A DNA stretch of 64,000 bases. Origin: Pelagomonas calceolata (Eukaryota). The translations under genes and the position numbers were made by a program. Position 1 is the first letter of the stretch; the number at the start of each line of letters is the position of its first letter. Below, one piece after another: positions 13,477-28,200 of this stretch. The stretch spans positions 2,790,001 through 2,854,000 of the forward strand of contig CAKKNE010000001.1 of assembly GCA_918797485.1 (NCBI GenBank), written 5' to 3'. The notes below the pieces were generated by a model that saw only the letters and a list, made by a program, of their open reading frames with translations, did no database searches and was not told where the DNA came from.

Positions 13477-14322
13477 GATCCGTACAGTAACTAGACCGTG
13501 GCTTCAGGCTACAAGCGGACATAACTATGCACGAGACACATGGCGTCGATTTTTTTTAACCACCGCGGCAGCACCGTGACCGTGACGTCCGTTCGCTCAC
13601 TCAGGCTCAGGCTGGCCCTGGCATGCTAAGCTGCGGCGTGAACGGTCAACTTCAATTTGTTGGGCGGCTGGTTGAAGGAGCTATCCACGTCCTCATCTTC
13701 CACATCATCCTCTTCGTTGTCCACGCTTCAAGTCATAGTAACAACTCGCAGCCGCCTCCGCGGCACCCGCACCCGGTCCTTGGCCCCTGTCAGAATGCGG
13801 TCGCGTGTCATCATCAACTTGAAGAGGCGAAACACGCGGCAGCTGGCGACACTTCAAACTCAGGCTCACTATTTGATGAGCACAGTGGGCAATACTAGTA
13901 GTAAAGTCGAGCCCCGCCTGATGGATGCCAGTGCGGAGTTTCCAAGAGGTCCAGTCCCCAGCCCCTACCTAGAAAGACTATGCCCTAGCGTCGTTGGGGT
14001 CCTGATCAGCCTCTAAAAAGACTGCCCCAGTATCCGACTATCGTGACGGAGAGTTACCGTCATGGTCTCGGTGACCGGTCACGCTATTGGTACCCGGACA
14101 GGCGTCAACCGTGACTCGAATAGACTCGGAACCGTGACAACAGTCCAAAACTCAAATATTAGCGAGTGGGAGATGCAACGCAGGGATAGGATAGGCCACA
14201 GCCGCCTGACTCCGAGTCGGAGGGTCACGGTCACTGGCACGGTTCTCTCTCTACCTCGACGACACCTAGGCCCGGATAGGCTAGAGTCACGGTTCGAAAT
14301 TGGTTCAAATTTTCTCTCCTCC

Positions 14323-14481
14323 ATGTACCTACCAGTACGGTACCTACCGTAGGTACCTACGGTACCATGGTGCCGGTACAAGCTGGTACCGCAGGTACCG
14401 TAGGTACCTGCGGTACCGTAGGTACTAGGTACGGTACAAGCTGGTACAAGCTGGTACCTACGTAGGTACCACTACCGTAAG
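14323..14481. repeat. GTAC/GGTACC palindromic low-complexity array
   Basis: More than a dozen GTAC cores with nested inverted repeats, ~320 bp upstream of the giant + strand gene. Confidence 0.8.
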
Positions 14482-14797
14482 TATCATCACGACTACTGCG
14501 GCAGCCCGAGCTATATCGAGTTGCCACAATCTCTTATCGTATGCTGCGCCTCTGACACCAGAGCGATCACTTTTGATTATGGGGGATGCCTAATTTACTA
14601 TCATCGCAATCGACGGCGGGATCTCGAGCTACGTTTACCGAAAACGAAGCGTCGTAATTTAGCGGTCCCGTACTACTCGATTTTTTTAAAATTATTGAGT
14701 TAATGCGCAGACGAGCGCGACGAGATCCACACAGGCTGAAAATTCCCTAAGACGTGGTGTACAAGTCGGGTAGTTACGCAACGGAGAGCAGGGCGTG

Positions 14798-17700
14798 ATG
14801 GAGGCAGTGGTATATAAACTCCAAATACTGTACGCCACAAATATTCAGGGAGCCGATGCTAACATGTTCTCGGCATCTCCTCGCACCTCTGACGCCTATG
14901 TGGTTGTCAGCTACCTCGGGGAAGAACTTGCCCGCTCTGCCGTGACTCTGAAATCGACCGCGCCGCTATTCCGAGCTCAAATGGCATCTCCAACCAGTCC
15001 ATTGTTTAGTGTTGACATCCCCCACGCTATCGTATTTGCCAGTGACTCCCAAAACCCTGAGATAATTATTGAGCTGCATGATCGCGTACCAAGGGGGAAG
15101 GACATTATTCTCGGCGTTGCATCACTCAGTCCAGCCGACCTTCGCCTTGCGGTTGGTCGTCGGATCGTCAAAGCACTCCAAAGCAAAGAATCGAGGAACA
15201 ACAACAGAAGTAGCCTGGTCGGTGGTGAGGTGCACGTGGCCGGTCACCTAGTCCCTGGAGAGCCGCACTTCGTCGTGCAGGTACTTGAAGCACAGGGACT
15301 CTCCGCTTTTCATCGACCCACAAATCTCGCATCGTTTACAAGACTGATTCCAGGCTCTGGTGAGGTTAGTCCGTTCGTCATTTGCTATTGGGAGGGAACA
15401 GAGGTGGGTCGCACTGACATCAAGCACAAGACTCGGCATCCAAGGTGGAACCCGCTCGGAAATACTTTTCAAATATTTGTGAACCCCGGCAAGTTGCCCG
15501 TAAGCTGCAGTGATAGCTCGCACCCTGAGCTCTGCTTTGAGGTATACGATACGGTCAGCTCTAGTGCTTTTGCTCGGAGAGGGTCTCTCCTTGGAACAGC
15601 GGCGTTAAGTGGCTCGGGGGAATTGCCACCCGTTTCATCACAAGTCGATCCAGATTGCCTCTCCTTAAAGCTTCGCACTCAGGGTGTCAACGGTAGAGAA
15701 GTGGCATCAGAATCAAGTGAAGGCGTGCTCAAAGTCCGTTTGGTGCTCAATGACGTCGTTCCTTCTATGCGGGACTGGATCCGCATTGGCAATCAGCCAA
15801 AACGTACACCGCCAAACACCCTGGACTTGTATGTTCTCGGTGCATCGAATCTTGCGTGCCGTGTTGGCTTTCTGAGGGTGTGGCTTAATGGCAAGCTCGT
15901 TCCGGAGGCTCCAACTACAATCAATGCGCCTGACAGCCACACGAAGTGGAGGGACAAAGATGGTTCTAGAACCATCAAGGGGCGGTTTATATTGAATGTC
16001 GGAACAATGTACAAAATCAAAGATCATGTGCTAATCGAGTTGTGGCAGACACGAAGCGAGAGGGAGAGTCAGTACGTGCTCCTAGGCCAATGTCGAATCA
16101 AGGACGGCATGCTCCGCAGCCCGCCCCCTCACCGAATCGACATGCCACTCAGAGCAAGTGCGACACAATCTGAGGAGGTTTCATCACGAATTCAGGGAAG
16201 CTTGTGTCTTTACCTTTCACCTCGTGTCTGCGACTCGCGGACGTTTGACTTAGCAACTGACGAAGCAGGACTGTGGATTAAATGCCTCGCACGGCGCCAG
16301 ATCAACTCCTCAAACTGGCCGTGGTACACCCTGCACCCAGAAGACGGGACTACTCCGCATAAAAGGATGTCCTTGCAGCTAATCTCAGCTCGCGGCATTT
16401 CGGAAGCGATTTATGGCGCTACAATTGAGGTCCTTTACAATCGGCGTCATGTGTGTTTTGCCGAAGCGAAGGGTGTAAGTACCACGCCGGGCAGTAAGGA
16501 CCACAACTACAACTCCGCGGTCTTCAACTCGATTATTGAGTTCTCAGCATATGACATATCTGCTGCAGGACACCAGTCAGTCTGGCCTGAACTGCGTTTG
16601 ATGCTGTGGAAAGTAACAAAGAAAAACGGGACTCGATATGGGTTTTTGGGAGAAAGCCTGGTAGCTGGAACAACATCTGCAATCAAGCGTCCGCCTAGGT
16701 ATACCCGCCGTGTGGGACTCAAACTAGTGCTGCCCTTAATCGCAAGACGTGATGTTCCTGAGGATGTTGACTCTCGCATCTCAGGAACTCTGATGCTTGG
16801 CATTTGTACTGCCGCAGAGCCAGACTTTTCTCACGCCGCAGCGTGGTGGGGCGCGAATTCATTCCCGTGCAAGATGCTGTTGATCCAGGTTTCTGGTTCG
16901 CGCGGTGGAAAAGATACATGCGATGCGCGTGCCGTGATAAGCTGGAACGGAGGCTACGTCGGAACCACAGAATCAAATCCGGCAGATCGGAATCGCTGCC
17001 GTTACTGGTCTAACTCAGACTTCTTGATTCCAGTACATCTTATTCCCGGCTCCGGCATGCTTCGCATCACGGTCCGGGGAATGAATCATATGCGGCGCTT
17101 CGAGCACCTATATTTGGGGCACGCTTGCATTCTTGTGTCGGCCACGAATCAGATGTTCCCGTTCCGCCGGACGTTAATACTCCAGCCAAAGGAAAGTGAT
17201 TCAACTTCTCGCATCCGCCCCACTCCCTCGCCATTGTCTGAAGATGACAGAGTTCGTGGGCCTGGAGTCATAGCGGTCGCGCCGACAAAGGTAGTCGTCG
17301 GCTTCACTGATGTTCACGGCGCACTGTCTGCCAAAACGCATCACCGCTCGGAAAATGCAGATGTTCTGGGTGAAGTCATTGTCCGATTGCATCAGCAAAG
17401 GCCAGGGTGTCCAATAAATACAGCATCGCTCCCCGCGAGAGGGAGAAATTCGCGCATACGACTCAGAATAACTCTCCTTGGAATCTCCGGTGCCATAACT
17501 AGACGACCTACGGCGACGTCACACTCAGTCTCCCAACCATGTCCTGTAGCTCCATGCGAGGACTTGTCAATAGAGGACGTGCTGATTGTCGTGTGCTACA
17601 AACAGCAGGGAGACGCAAAACCGACTAAAATGTCCATTTTGGCTCCTATGCCGAGTAAGTGTAGGAGGGACTTTTTTGCTAGCGCGGAGGAAGTTTTAGT

Positions 17701-20700
17701 ATGGCTGCCACTGAACTGGGACGCCGACCTGGCATGCGGTTGCAGTGCAGCATTCTGGATTGAGCTTCGGTCTGCGAAACAATTGCTCGGGATTGCATTT
17801 ACGGGAGTGAGCGCCCTGGCGAAGATCCCAAGGCGTGTCAGCGAAACCGATATCTCCTATCTCGAGTTGCGAAATAGGTTCAATGTGCGTTGTGATTCGG
17901 TAGCCGACTCGACATTCTCTCAGCGGCTTTTGCGACCAAGCAATGCAAAGCACAAGTGCGATTTCTTGGTGAGCTTTCCCGCATTTGCGGTGATGCGCGC
18001 TCGGATCCACCATCGGATACTGCTAGAGGAGGTGCAGCTCACTAAGCGGCGTGGGAAGCAAATGACTGGCCGGCGTGCAAAGTCAGGTCCGCTGCTTCCA
18101 TTGCTCTCAGCACTTGCCGGTGATGACATTATCTCCAGACTTAGGCTTGTTATGATATGTCCAATCTTTTTTGGTAGCAATATCCCCGAGAGACTTCCAG
18201 AGATAGGCGTCTATTGGTGTGGCGAGCGGGTTGGCTTCTGCCAGTACCATCCAGGGAAGCCTGACCGAACTGCTTTCTTGCTCCCATTCGGCCGCGGTGT
18301 CGTCAGTGCTCAGAGAAACAAAGACTTCCTAGAGCTGAGAGTAAGGAGCAAGCCCTCTACCAACACTTCCCTAAGAGCGGCACGCGTCACGCACGTGGAC
18401 TCAATATTACTCTCTTGGGATGAATTCCAACGACTGCCTTCGGCGCAGACGGACTATTACATAGACCCCTCCCACATACGGTCTCCATACAACATGAGCA
18501 GACTCGTCGCAACGCCACCAATTGAATTCGAGCTTTCTCGGGCCGGTAAAGCTGGTAAAGTAATGGCTGCCATATCAGATGGGCATGGAACTGTCTTCTT
18601 GCGCGCGGGGACCGGCTCGATCACTCTTCATCTTGTGGTGGAGGAGTCCCGTGCTTCAGCACCCCATGCAGTTTCGATCCAGCTGGAGGGTCTAGCATCT
18701 CTGCAAGACCCTCGATTTCAAGGGAATAATATGCGCGAACCAGCTTCATTCGCAACTACCGAAGGCAGTTTAGTCGGTGACACACGGTGGCCTGGGTCGA
18801 TTCAACGCTGGCCCTTTGCCTCTGTGTTTGGTCCAGGACCTCGGGGGGGCTCCGTGCGCAATCAAGCAGAGTGCAACAGTCCGCAATGGCATGGTTCTAG
18901 TCCGTGGAATAATATCGGTGTTGACTTGAAGAGTGCCTTTCATCTCCCAACACCGAGAGTCGTATGGCCTAGTTCTTCCACGCATCCCCCCTGTTCTATC
19001 GATCTCCTTGTTGTTCACTTTGGAAAGTACTCAGATAATGAATGGACAGAGGCCAGGCGCATCCAAGCCCAGGCCCGACAGGTTCTTGCGTGCAGGCGCA
19101 TTGCGCGTGAGCGCGCGAGAATAGTGGCATGTCAACCAGATGGTTCGGCTCTGGCTGCTGTTACATTGATCCAAAAAACATGGAAATCACACGGTCGGCT
19201 GCAGTTAAGGAAAGGCGCATCTGCAGTGACCAGTCTAATGCTTTTGAAGCTAGGGCCCAATAAGCGATCACCAGACGTGAGCTCATCAACTCACTGTGAT
19301 CGCGACGAATGCGACGCGGTGATCTGCGTTCTTGGTAGCGATGATCTTGTTTATTCACATTCGACGACGACTAAATATGATCCGTTTGTGTTGATAACGT
19401 TCAATGGAGTCAAAATTGGCCGGACATCCACCAAGTATAGGAGCACGCGACCACTCTGGCACGAAAAGTGCTTTTTGCACTTAAAAAGTACCATTTTCCC
19501 TGAGAGAGGCCAAGACCAGGGGACAATTGATACCCTCGCAGAGAAGCTCCCGGTTTTTGTCGTCATGGTGCTGCAACCGGAAGATCGAGTACGAGTGCTC
19601 TACGCGGCACTCGCCACGACCTGCGACTTCCAGAGGGTCAAAACTCGGGCCCACGCCGCGAGGGAAGTGTTTCTCGTCGCGCGCCACGGTGATCGACTAA
19701 TATGCACGGAAAACGTAGATTTCACGCAGTGTGATCGACGGCGATGCACGTACGCAGGTTTGCTAGCTGATCGAATCGGATTTCCTGCAACAGGGATTAT
19801 TGGCGGGGACGAGAAGACTAGAATCGAAGCACTCGTAGGTCGAGTGCTAGAATTGGAAATTTGGGCCAGAACAATCGAGTCTAATGCGCTTTGCATCGGC
19901 CGCGGGACAGTTGCCAATTTAACAAGAACTTCCATGCAACCCTGCATCCGTCTCATGGACTACTCGGGTGAGGAGACGCTGGCAGACATGCATTATTCTT
20001 TCGGTTTTGTGCGTCTTCAGGTTACGTTTTCTTGTAGTACAACACATTCCCCGGCCCAGCACACGACCAGTATGAGGTCCACATTGCGGCCTAGATCTCA
20101 ATTCCCGCGGCCTCGACCTTCTTTCTATCTTCAAGCATCCAAATTTACGTTAGAAATTGCCCACGGGTCACCGTGCCATCTGAGGTCGCTGCGCACCCTA
20201 GACCCGTATATAAAATTCACACTGGGTTTTTACACTCAACGCTCGTCAGTTCTGAGCGCTGTTGGCCCCATTGGCCCCTTGATGACCTGGCCGCCAGGAG
20301 AAGTTGTAACACTAGCTGGTTGGCATACTGCCCCATACTCTACCTTCAAAATTGAACTATTTCACGACCGCAGTCCTTGTTCAGATGATACTTTTGGTTC
20401 AAAGTCGATAGACCTTTCTTGCTGCACAAATCAATGGCACCCTCAGAAAGTGGCGATTTCTGCAAATGCCACACTCTCTTTTTCACTGACGCGAATGGAA
20501 ACGGGTGCTCCGGTACCACAAAAGTGCCAGGCAGTACCACAGCAGTCTTGCAGTTCCACCAGTCAAGGTCGCCTTACATTAGTCCCTGAGATTTGTAGCA
20601 CTTACAGAGGACATGACCTTAAATTTTACAAATTGACCGCCACACTCTCGCCGGGAACAGAGTACTGGGGAGCAAAGTGCAAGGACGCACGGGAATTCTT

Positions 20701-23700
20701 TGTTCTTGCACGCATGTGTGGACGATGTGCGAAGACGACCACTAAACATGGCTGTGATTGGCGAGAGGAGGTTCTCTCGCTACCAGCTGAATCTATTCCT
20801 GATGTTATTCATAGGTCCTCAAGCCACGAGGTGACATTTCAGCTGTGGAATAATAACTTCCTCGTTGGTGAAGCTCGTAAACACATTGGCAAATGTCTGA
20901 CACAGGTTGGAACTCAGTGCGCGTTTGAGCTCCGTCTATCGCGTCCGCATTCGATCAAGACAAGGGGAAGTTTGCATCTCTGTGTGGTAGCAAACCCCGC
21001 ATACGATTATTTCACGGACGAGATTGCCGGGCTCGCCCCCGGGAACGAGTTGTTAGTGGCTATAATCCAGGCACGTAACCTTCCTGTTACAGAACGCAAA
21101 TCTGACCCCCTAGTGACTGTAAGTTGCAACGGGGAGTACACGTCTTCGTCATTGAGGCCTATTTCACCCTTCCCAGTTTGGAATGAGGTCCTAACAATGC
21201 GTGCATTCGCAGATTTCGATGGTGCTAATGCGCTTGAGTTGATGGCAGATATATTCGACGGAGATGTCTCCTCTGACGATGTACTTTTGGGAAGCGGTAG
21301 GATGTCAATTTCGATGTTAGCCGACGGTGTGACGAAACGCACGTGGCATGATTTGGTTGTAAAGCCCAGTCAAAATGGTATGCCTCCTTGTTCTGACTTG
21401 AGAAAAGGTCGATCTGAGCTCCTCCCTAGAGCCAACCATCCCGAAGGCCCTACACTTTCATCCACTCGTGGGGAGCTGGAACTTGCTCTTCAATGGCGGC
21501 ACTACACTGAGTCATAGTTTTTTTAGACATCCTTCCCTCTACTTCAAGCTCTGCCCACGAAATTTTGGTATCTTTGCGCCACTTAGGTATAACATAAATA
21601 ATGATTACTTTGAGACATTTCAAGAGCCCCCCATCCACTGCGCACGGCCCCCAAACGAACTACTCATCAAACTAATTAGAGCAAGGGGCCTGCGGGCGCT
21701 CGAACACGGACTCTTTGGTCAAGTAACTGCGGATCCATTTGTCAGAATGCATTTAAGCGGTGAAATACACGAGTCGAGAGTTTCCCACCGAACGTCATGT
21801 CCGATATGGAATGAAAGGTACAGGATGCGCACCCCTGACTCTGTAGAATCTTCACTGAAAGTCATAGTTTTCGACTGGAATCTTGGAAGTCTTCCGAATG
21901 TACTAGGCATGACGGACATAGCTTTGAGCTTACTAATGAATCGCAGGACCCTTCGGCGATGGTTTCCACTCAATGTTGGCGGCGATAAGTGCTTCACGGG
22001 TCACTGCGGGGAAGTTGAGCTTGCCTTGCGTTGGATACATAATCCTGAGTTTTCTCCCCACGACGACGACGACGATTATTTCGATTTGGTGCCCAATTGC
22101 CTCAAATTCGCAATAGTTCGGGCGCAAGGGTTCTGCGGGGAGTGCAACTCACTCACAACAGCATCGCTTCATGCTTCGCATGAATTTGGCGCTCCAGCGT
22201 CTAATTTGAGTGCAACTCATAGGACAGCCCATTCGACCACACGTATCGAAAATACCCGAAACCCTATTTGGAACGAACACTTTCAATTTCCGTACTACAC
22301 ACCAGAAGGGCCAGAGCACAGAAGCGCCGGCTGTGGTTCCGTACTTGCTATCGAGCTTCTTGACCATACGCATATTGGTACCTTGGGCTCGTTGGGTGTA
22401 GCTGCAATAGACATAAGTTGTCGCCCTCGTCGCTCCTGGGTACACGCTGGGTCTGACCACAAGCTGGAGCTCGATTTGCTGTGGACTTATGATCCCCTCC
22501 TGGAGCCCGAGGTCGTCTTGCGCGTGCCGTGGCTGAGCCTTTCTCAATTCGCCTTGTCGTTGTGCAAAAATGACTATACTGTGTATTTACGACTGGATGT
22601 TGGCGGATGTGTCGCACGGACATTTGCGACTAGATTTTCTGGCAAGAGTGCGGACGTAGTGTGGCCTGACGACCTCGTACTGACCTCTACAATGCGCTCG
22701 CTGATTGAGAAGCGCATAGAAGTGTGTTGCTTCTTGCGGGTCGCACACCCAGGCGGTGTCAACGACACGTTGATTGGCCGCGTGGAGTTATGGTGGCCCC
22801 ACAGCTATTTATATGATACAGTAACAAGACAGCGACGACCTTGCTTCCCTCGGGAATTTTTCGTTCAAACGAACATGCGGAGTGGAAGCACAAATTGTGT
22901 GGCATCGAGGCTTGCGCTCCTACTGACAGTGAGTAACTGGTCGCCGGACCTCAAAAACTCTGTCTCCCGAAATGACGAATTGTGTTTTGACATTTTTGAT
23001 GACAATGCGGGAGAACACCTTGGAAGATGCGCTTTGTGTAGCACAATGTTGAAGGAAATAAAAGCCAGATCCTGGTTAGATAATGGTCCATTGTGTTCTG
23101 TTAATGGACAGCCCAGTAGTTTCAAATTGGCCCCATGGTCCACTCGGCATGCTGCGGTGGCGGCATCCAACGCTAGTAGTCAAATTGTTCTTGCCCTCAG
23201 CACTCGTCTGAACTACTTCAGCGTCTCTCGGTCAGGGCGGATAAGCCAAAATCCAACTGTGACCAGCGGCAAGTTGAGTATCATGCAACCGAGTATTCAA
23301 ATTGCAAAAGATACCATCTGTGCTGTGCTACATGCAGCTTGGAGGTTCATACTAGCTGGTAGACATACTATTCTGCACGTGATAGACGGAGTCGGCCTTG
23401 GTGCATCTCCTGATTCTCCCAATACCACGCATGGTCCTGAAAGCTGCCCCATTTCTTCAGCTGCCTACTGCATGGTACGCTACGACAGCGTTGAGCTTGG
23501 ATGCACCAGTGTTTGTGCGCTTGAAACCGATACTTGTTGGAATGCACTGATCCCAGTACCTCCTGCCCGTCTCATTGTAGTGGAGGTTTACGATTGCTTT
23601 CCAGCTCGCCTACCCGAAGAAGGCACTTCGCTTCGTGGGAAAGTAACGCTGTCGCCGGCACAGCTCCTAGAGCTTCGCCAGATCACGCGACGCCAGTCTG

Positions 23701-24826
23701 GACAACAGCGACGTGCTTATTTGCACCAACAAATTTATACGGATGTGAAAGTTGATTATAGCATGTCACATCACAAAGCAGATCGCGAGGACAAGGAAGA
23801 CAACAAAATCACCGGCCAAATGATCCCAAGAGTCCTGTTGTCGATGACAGACATGGCAGCCACTGAACTCCCAGCTTTGACAACCTCGTCGAGTTTGCTT
23901 GGCCGTGCGTTGCGCACAACGCAACTGTCATACGTCGTACTCCGACTACTAGACAGAAAGGCTCGGTCATCAACGACAAGAGTCGCGGGGAAGCGCGCTC
24001 TGTGGAAGAACGACAGCGCATCGATCGTTGTAGATGAGTCAATGTTGAGCGAGGAACCACTACATGTGCAGATCTGGAGCGAAAGAACAGCACTTCCAGA
24101 TAATCTACTGGGTGAGTCGCAGTGCATAAATCAATTTTCACTACGTGGGGGACACCCGACTCGCTGGTTGATTTGCACACAGGTGAATCGCGTACCCGGC
24201 TCGATGCTGTCATCAGTGCCAAAGGCAAACCAACCCCAACCACATTCGAGATGGGGCGACCCGGTCATCGTCACCAGGGGATACTATCATGCTCACTCAG
24301 CTTTGAACGACAACAAAAGTCAGTTGAACAACACGGATCTAATGCGTCGAGGAACCTGGCAGTTGTCATTGGCCTTGCAGCAACTATAAATCATCATGCT
24401 GAGGCGGCTTCAGAAGCTACTTCCCGTGTGATAAAACGCATTTCTCGGCGAAAACCGGACGGCTGTGCTGGCCATATAGGAGACTTGGCTCGCTTTGCGT
24501 TGGACGAGGAGATATGCAACAACAAAGGACGGAGAAGTAAAATTTTTGTTTCCGCACAGGCAGCTTTTCTCGCCCTCGCCAACCAAAGGCAGGCAATCGT
24601 TGAGAGGAAAGGGGACCCTAGTATAGTCAACAGCTTCGGCGAAGAACTTGCTGATGAAACCTATCACGCCCCACATGGTGGCAAGGCAGCATCAGAAATT
24701 GAGAACCACATAACGCTCTCCTCCAGCGATGCTGGCGTTCATAGTGGCGTTGATTCAGTGACAGGAATGCCTTGGAGAGCGAACAACTCGGGGTTTCGTT
24801 GTTTCTTTCTAGGGTTTCCTGCTTGA
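14798..24826 (+). CDS. Giant multi-C2-domain protein with IQ-like motifs (~3,300 aa; predicted introns ~21499-21586 and 24112-24182)
   Basis: Repeated C2 signatures (SDAYVVV, SPFVICYW..PRWN, YDPFVLITFNG..PLWHE, NELLVAIIQARNL..SDPLVTV..PVWNE, NELLIKLIRARGL..ADPFVRM..PIWNE); IQ-like RRIQAQAR and LIQKTWKSH; three ORFs joined in frame by splicing. Confidence 0.75.
24120..24182. mobile_element. Introner element (63 bp, shrunken); intron 24112-24182 on +
   Basis: TIRs cagtgcataaatcaa / ttgatttgcacacag; TSD gtgagtcg/gtgaatcg (7/8); splicing gives DNLLGESRTRLDAV and joins ORF 21468-24389 to ORF 24122-24826. Confidence 0.85.
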
Positions 24827-25209
24827 GAATTTCTAAAACACCCCGTGGGACGTTTTTCTCTTGACAGCGATCCCCCAAATGTTATAATAAGGGCCAACGG
24901 GGCCGCATCCTAGCCTAGCCCTCTTGTGCCATACCTAAGTATTGTCCTTTTTTATGAGCCCCGCAAGTAGCCCCGCCGAGCGACGAGCGTTGCATCACTT
25001 GTTGCATCCGCCATCTGGACCCCCCCGGGCCCGGGCAGACGGGAATTCCGACGGGAGTGACACATGTGACGAACCGGCGAGCCCGGCCTTCCGGCGACTC
25101 GGAGAGCTCTTCCCCCTGACGGGTCCCGCTGGCACAGGAATACCTTTTTGCCAATGTTGGCGAGATGCGGGTTGCTGTGCCCCCGACGCGCACTTGTGAA
25201 TGTCACGAT

Positions 25210-28200
25210 TTAACTTAGGTGGACACTAAGGTCCGATGCCGTCACTTTCTTTTTTTTGGGGGCTGGAGATATAAGATACATCATGAGTGCAAGAGAAGAG
25301 GTCACTTCTCTGCGTCGATTGAATCTCTCTGAAGCAGGTCTGACTGGCCTGTGTGGCGTGAGTTGATATCTTGTAGCTCGCTTAGCTCGCTTATCAGTAT
25401 CTGTGAAGCACTGGCGCAAAAGATCCTGGCCTTCGAGGAGGGCCTGGCCGTGGCATGTTGTCGTCCAAACTTCCAGTCGAAGGCCAACATCGTCGGTATT
25501 TTCTGGAAGAGGCAAAAGAAAACTTTCAGCATTCCAATGCGGTTGATTATGCTTGTCTAGTCGCCCCGGAGCAGTGCGACTCACTTCCTTCTCGCACCAA
25601 AACAAACGCACGTGGGGGGCAACCCCGCCAAGTTGAAACTCAGCTCCGTCAATAATAGTCAAGTAAATTGAAGGCTCCACGACTGGAAGATTTGGCGTTC
25701 CAAATGCCTCTGACAAAGGGTCTCCTTCGGGGGTGTCATCATGCCCATCATGCACATCATGCCCATCTGCGTGGAAATCTTCTTCTTCAGCACAGTCAAA
25801 AGTCACCTTTACCTCTTCTTGTCGCAGGTTTGTCGCGTTCTCGAATGCGGCCAACATGGCGCCAGGTGATGCTGGAAAATGCTGGGCATCATTGTATTCT
25901 ATTTTTACTAGCCGCCAGCCTCTCCTTGGACGCCCTGTGCCGTTGACCACTTCCTTGACAAATATATCACCACCGATGTCATTGCCTGTGTAGAAATTAA
26001 AATTTCATGGCGCCTTGCTGTCGCGTCAATCTGCACGCCATCGACGCGACGCCTGCTCCATAGCGTGGCGGTGTGGGTATTACACCACTCGATTCAGTCA
26101 GCGGGGCCGCGTTGTCGCCGAGAAAAATGACTTTGTGAAGAGTAGTGCACCCGACGCACTGGTTGATTTACGCACAGGCCATACAACTCGAACCTTCCTT
26201 TGTGGGTCGTGGCAGGAAAGTCCAATCGATTCCCGGATTCCTCGGATCGATGAAAAGCGATATAAGATCGTCTACCGCGACGTTGAATACTAGTTCTGTG
26301 TGACGTGCAGCTGCGGCTTGATTAAACGGGTCGTGAGGATCTCGGGCCCGTCGCCTTAAGTCGGCAAGTAGTGCTACCGGCGAGGCGCCCCCGGTCACAG
26401 TAAGCCCGTTCACACTCAACAAAATCCAACCTGGTCTAACTCGAGCTTTGGTCGCTGGTGAGTTTGGGTCGAGACGCAAAATCGAATAATCTTTAAATAT
26501 TGCCCCAAGGGGACAACGAGCATCAAAGAAAATTACCCGTTTGTGAACGTGACGTGGTAACATAAAATCAAAATTTACAACGTAGGTAGAAGTCGAGCGA
26601 AGACTATCTAAAATATCGGAGAAATCTTCCTCGTCGTGAACGGGCCTTGAGGCAACTCGGGTGAGAATCATACCCCCTCTGATACACTTGATACGAGCCG
26701 AATTTGGCATTACCACCTTCACCTCAAGGCCACCTTTCGAGTGCCCACGCCCCCCTGTCGCAGCTGTCCAACTTATCCCTAGCGGCTTCCGAAGATCAAG
26801 GCTTATTGTTTTCTCCCGGGCCGCAGCTGTGACCTGCGAGACTTCTTCGCAACGCTTGGTGGCGACCAGATAACGTTTCAGGTTACGCAGTGCGTGAAAA
26901 TGGTGCCTCCATTCTATCCTTGCCGTAAAGGTCAGGATCATTTCTTCCATGGGAGCATTCAGCGCCGTCGAAAGCTGCTCCCGGCAGCCCAACTCCCGGC
27001 CATTCAGAGAAACAGCGCGCCATCCGAGACACACACCAAGGCGCGCAGCTTGCATGCCCTTACGTAAGCCCAAGACTGTCAAGTTGTGTCCAGCTCTTAA
27101 GGCAAGTGCCCGAGCGTTTGATTTACAGTTGGCCGAAAGTTTTGTGAGCTCCTCATCGACCACACCGATTCGAGCTAATAGTGGTTCTAATGAGCTGAAT
27201 GTGCTGCGATAGTGATTCATGGCCTCACTCACGTCGTCAGTCTCGCCATATTGTCCCCCGGCATCCCTTCTGCTGCCGCATCGCTGATCACTAGCATTCG
27301 CGAATCGAAGTGACATTTCATGACTGACCCGGGCGTGAGGTGTGGACGTCACCCTGGCTGAGAAACCACTACGGCTGGCCACAAGTGCGGCCAGCTCATC
27401 CCTCTCAACGTCGCCCCAGATTATGCCAAGGTTTTCTGTTGGGTCGATGCGAATGTCCATCCTGACGTGAGCTAGTTCCCTGTGCTTGATTGCCAGGGAT
27501 GAAGAAGGCAGCGCTCTACGGCTTGTTTCGCGACCAGCGTGCTGTTGTGCAACTGCACTTCCTGCGGTAATTTCTGATCTGGGTGCCGCGCATTTGGTTC
27601 CGTGGCCAGCACGCTGTTCAACTGTTTCCGTCGTAATTTCTGATCTGACTCCGTCGTAGAACATGCCAAGTTCAATGGAATGTTGCAGGCGACTCATCGC
27701 GCGCATCGCTTCACGACGACAGACAGCCTGCGTGGCAGAGAGCGCCCTCCGCTCTATAGAATCGGCTGCTCTTTCAAATGCACTTGTGGCATCTTGACTC
27801 GCACGTTTTGCATATTCCGCAGATTGACGCAAGGCGTGCAGGGCGCTAAGGTGCTTAAGTTCACGAGTAGTTCTGATCTCATCATCATATTTAGCTTTGT
27901 TTAGGCAACGGCGGACCTGTATGCTGAATGTCAAGTGCCCACGAAGGCCACCAGTCGGGTGTGTGAGCATCTGCACAAGTTGGTGCGGTTCTTTGTCACC
28001 AACCCAATGTGTTTGCAGCGGGATGAAACATTCACCGTACTTTGAATTGTCCCCCGTTTCTCCCTTGGATTTCACTTCGATCTGTAGCTCCTCGACTGAT
28101 GTGAAACAACTAGGTTCTGCCATGAGTTCCAGGAAAGCCTCCCCTCGGGCCCCTTCCCTCCCTAGAGAGGCCTCCTGTGGGAAATCAACCAGTGAGTCAG

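Noticed and set aside
13623..14016. ORFs with Ser-rich or acidic (reverse-strand DNEEDDVEDED) stretches
   Set aside because: Interrupted by stops in the coding-like frame and no recognisable homology; at most a decayed remnant.
14323..14481. CRISPR-like appearance of short palindromic repeats
   Set aside because: No constant-length repeats or unique spacers, no cas genes, eukaryotic context.
21468..21600. Programmed frameshift between overlapping ORFs 14795-21517 and 21468-24389
   Set aside because: A short intron ending at cttAG 21586 explains the frame change.
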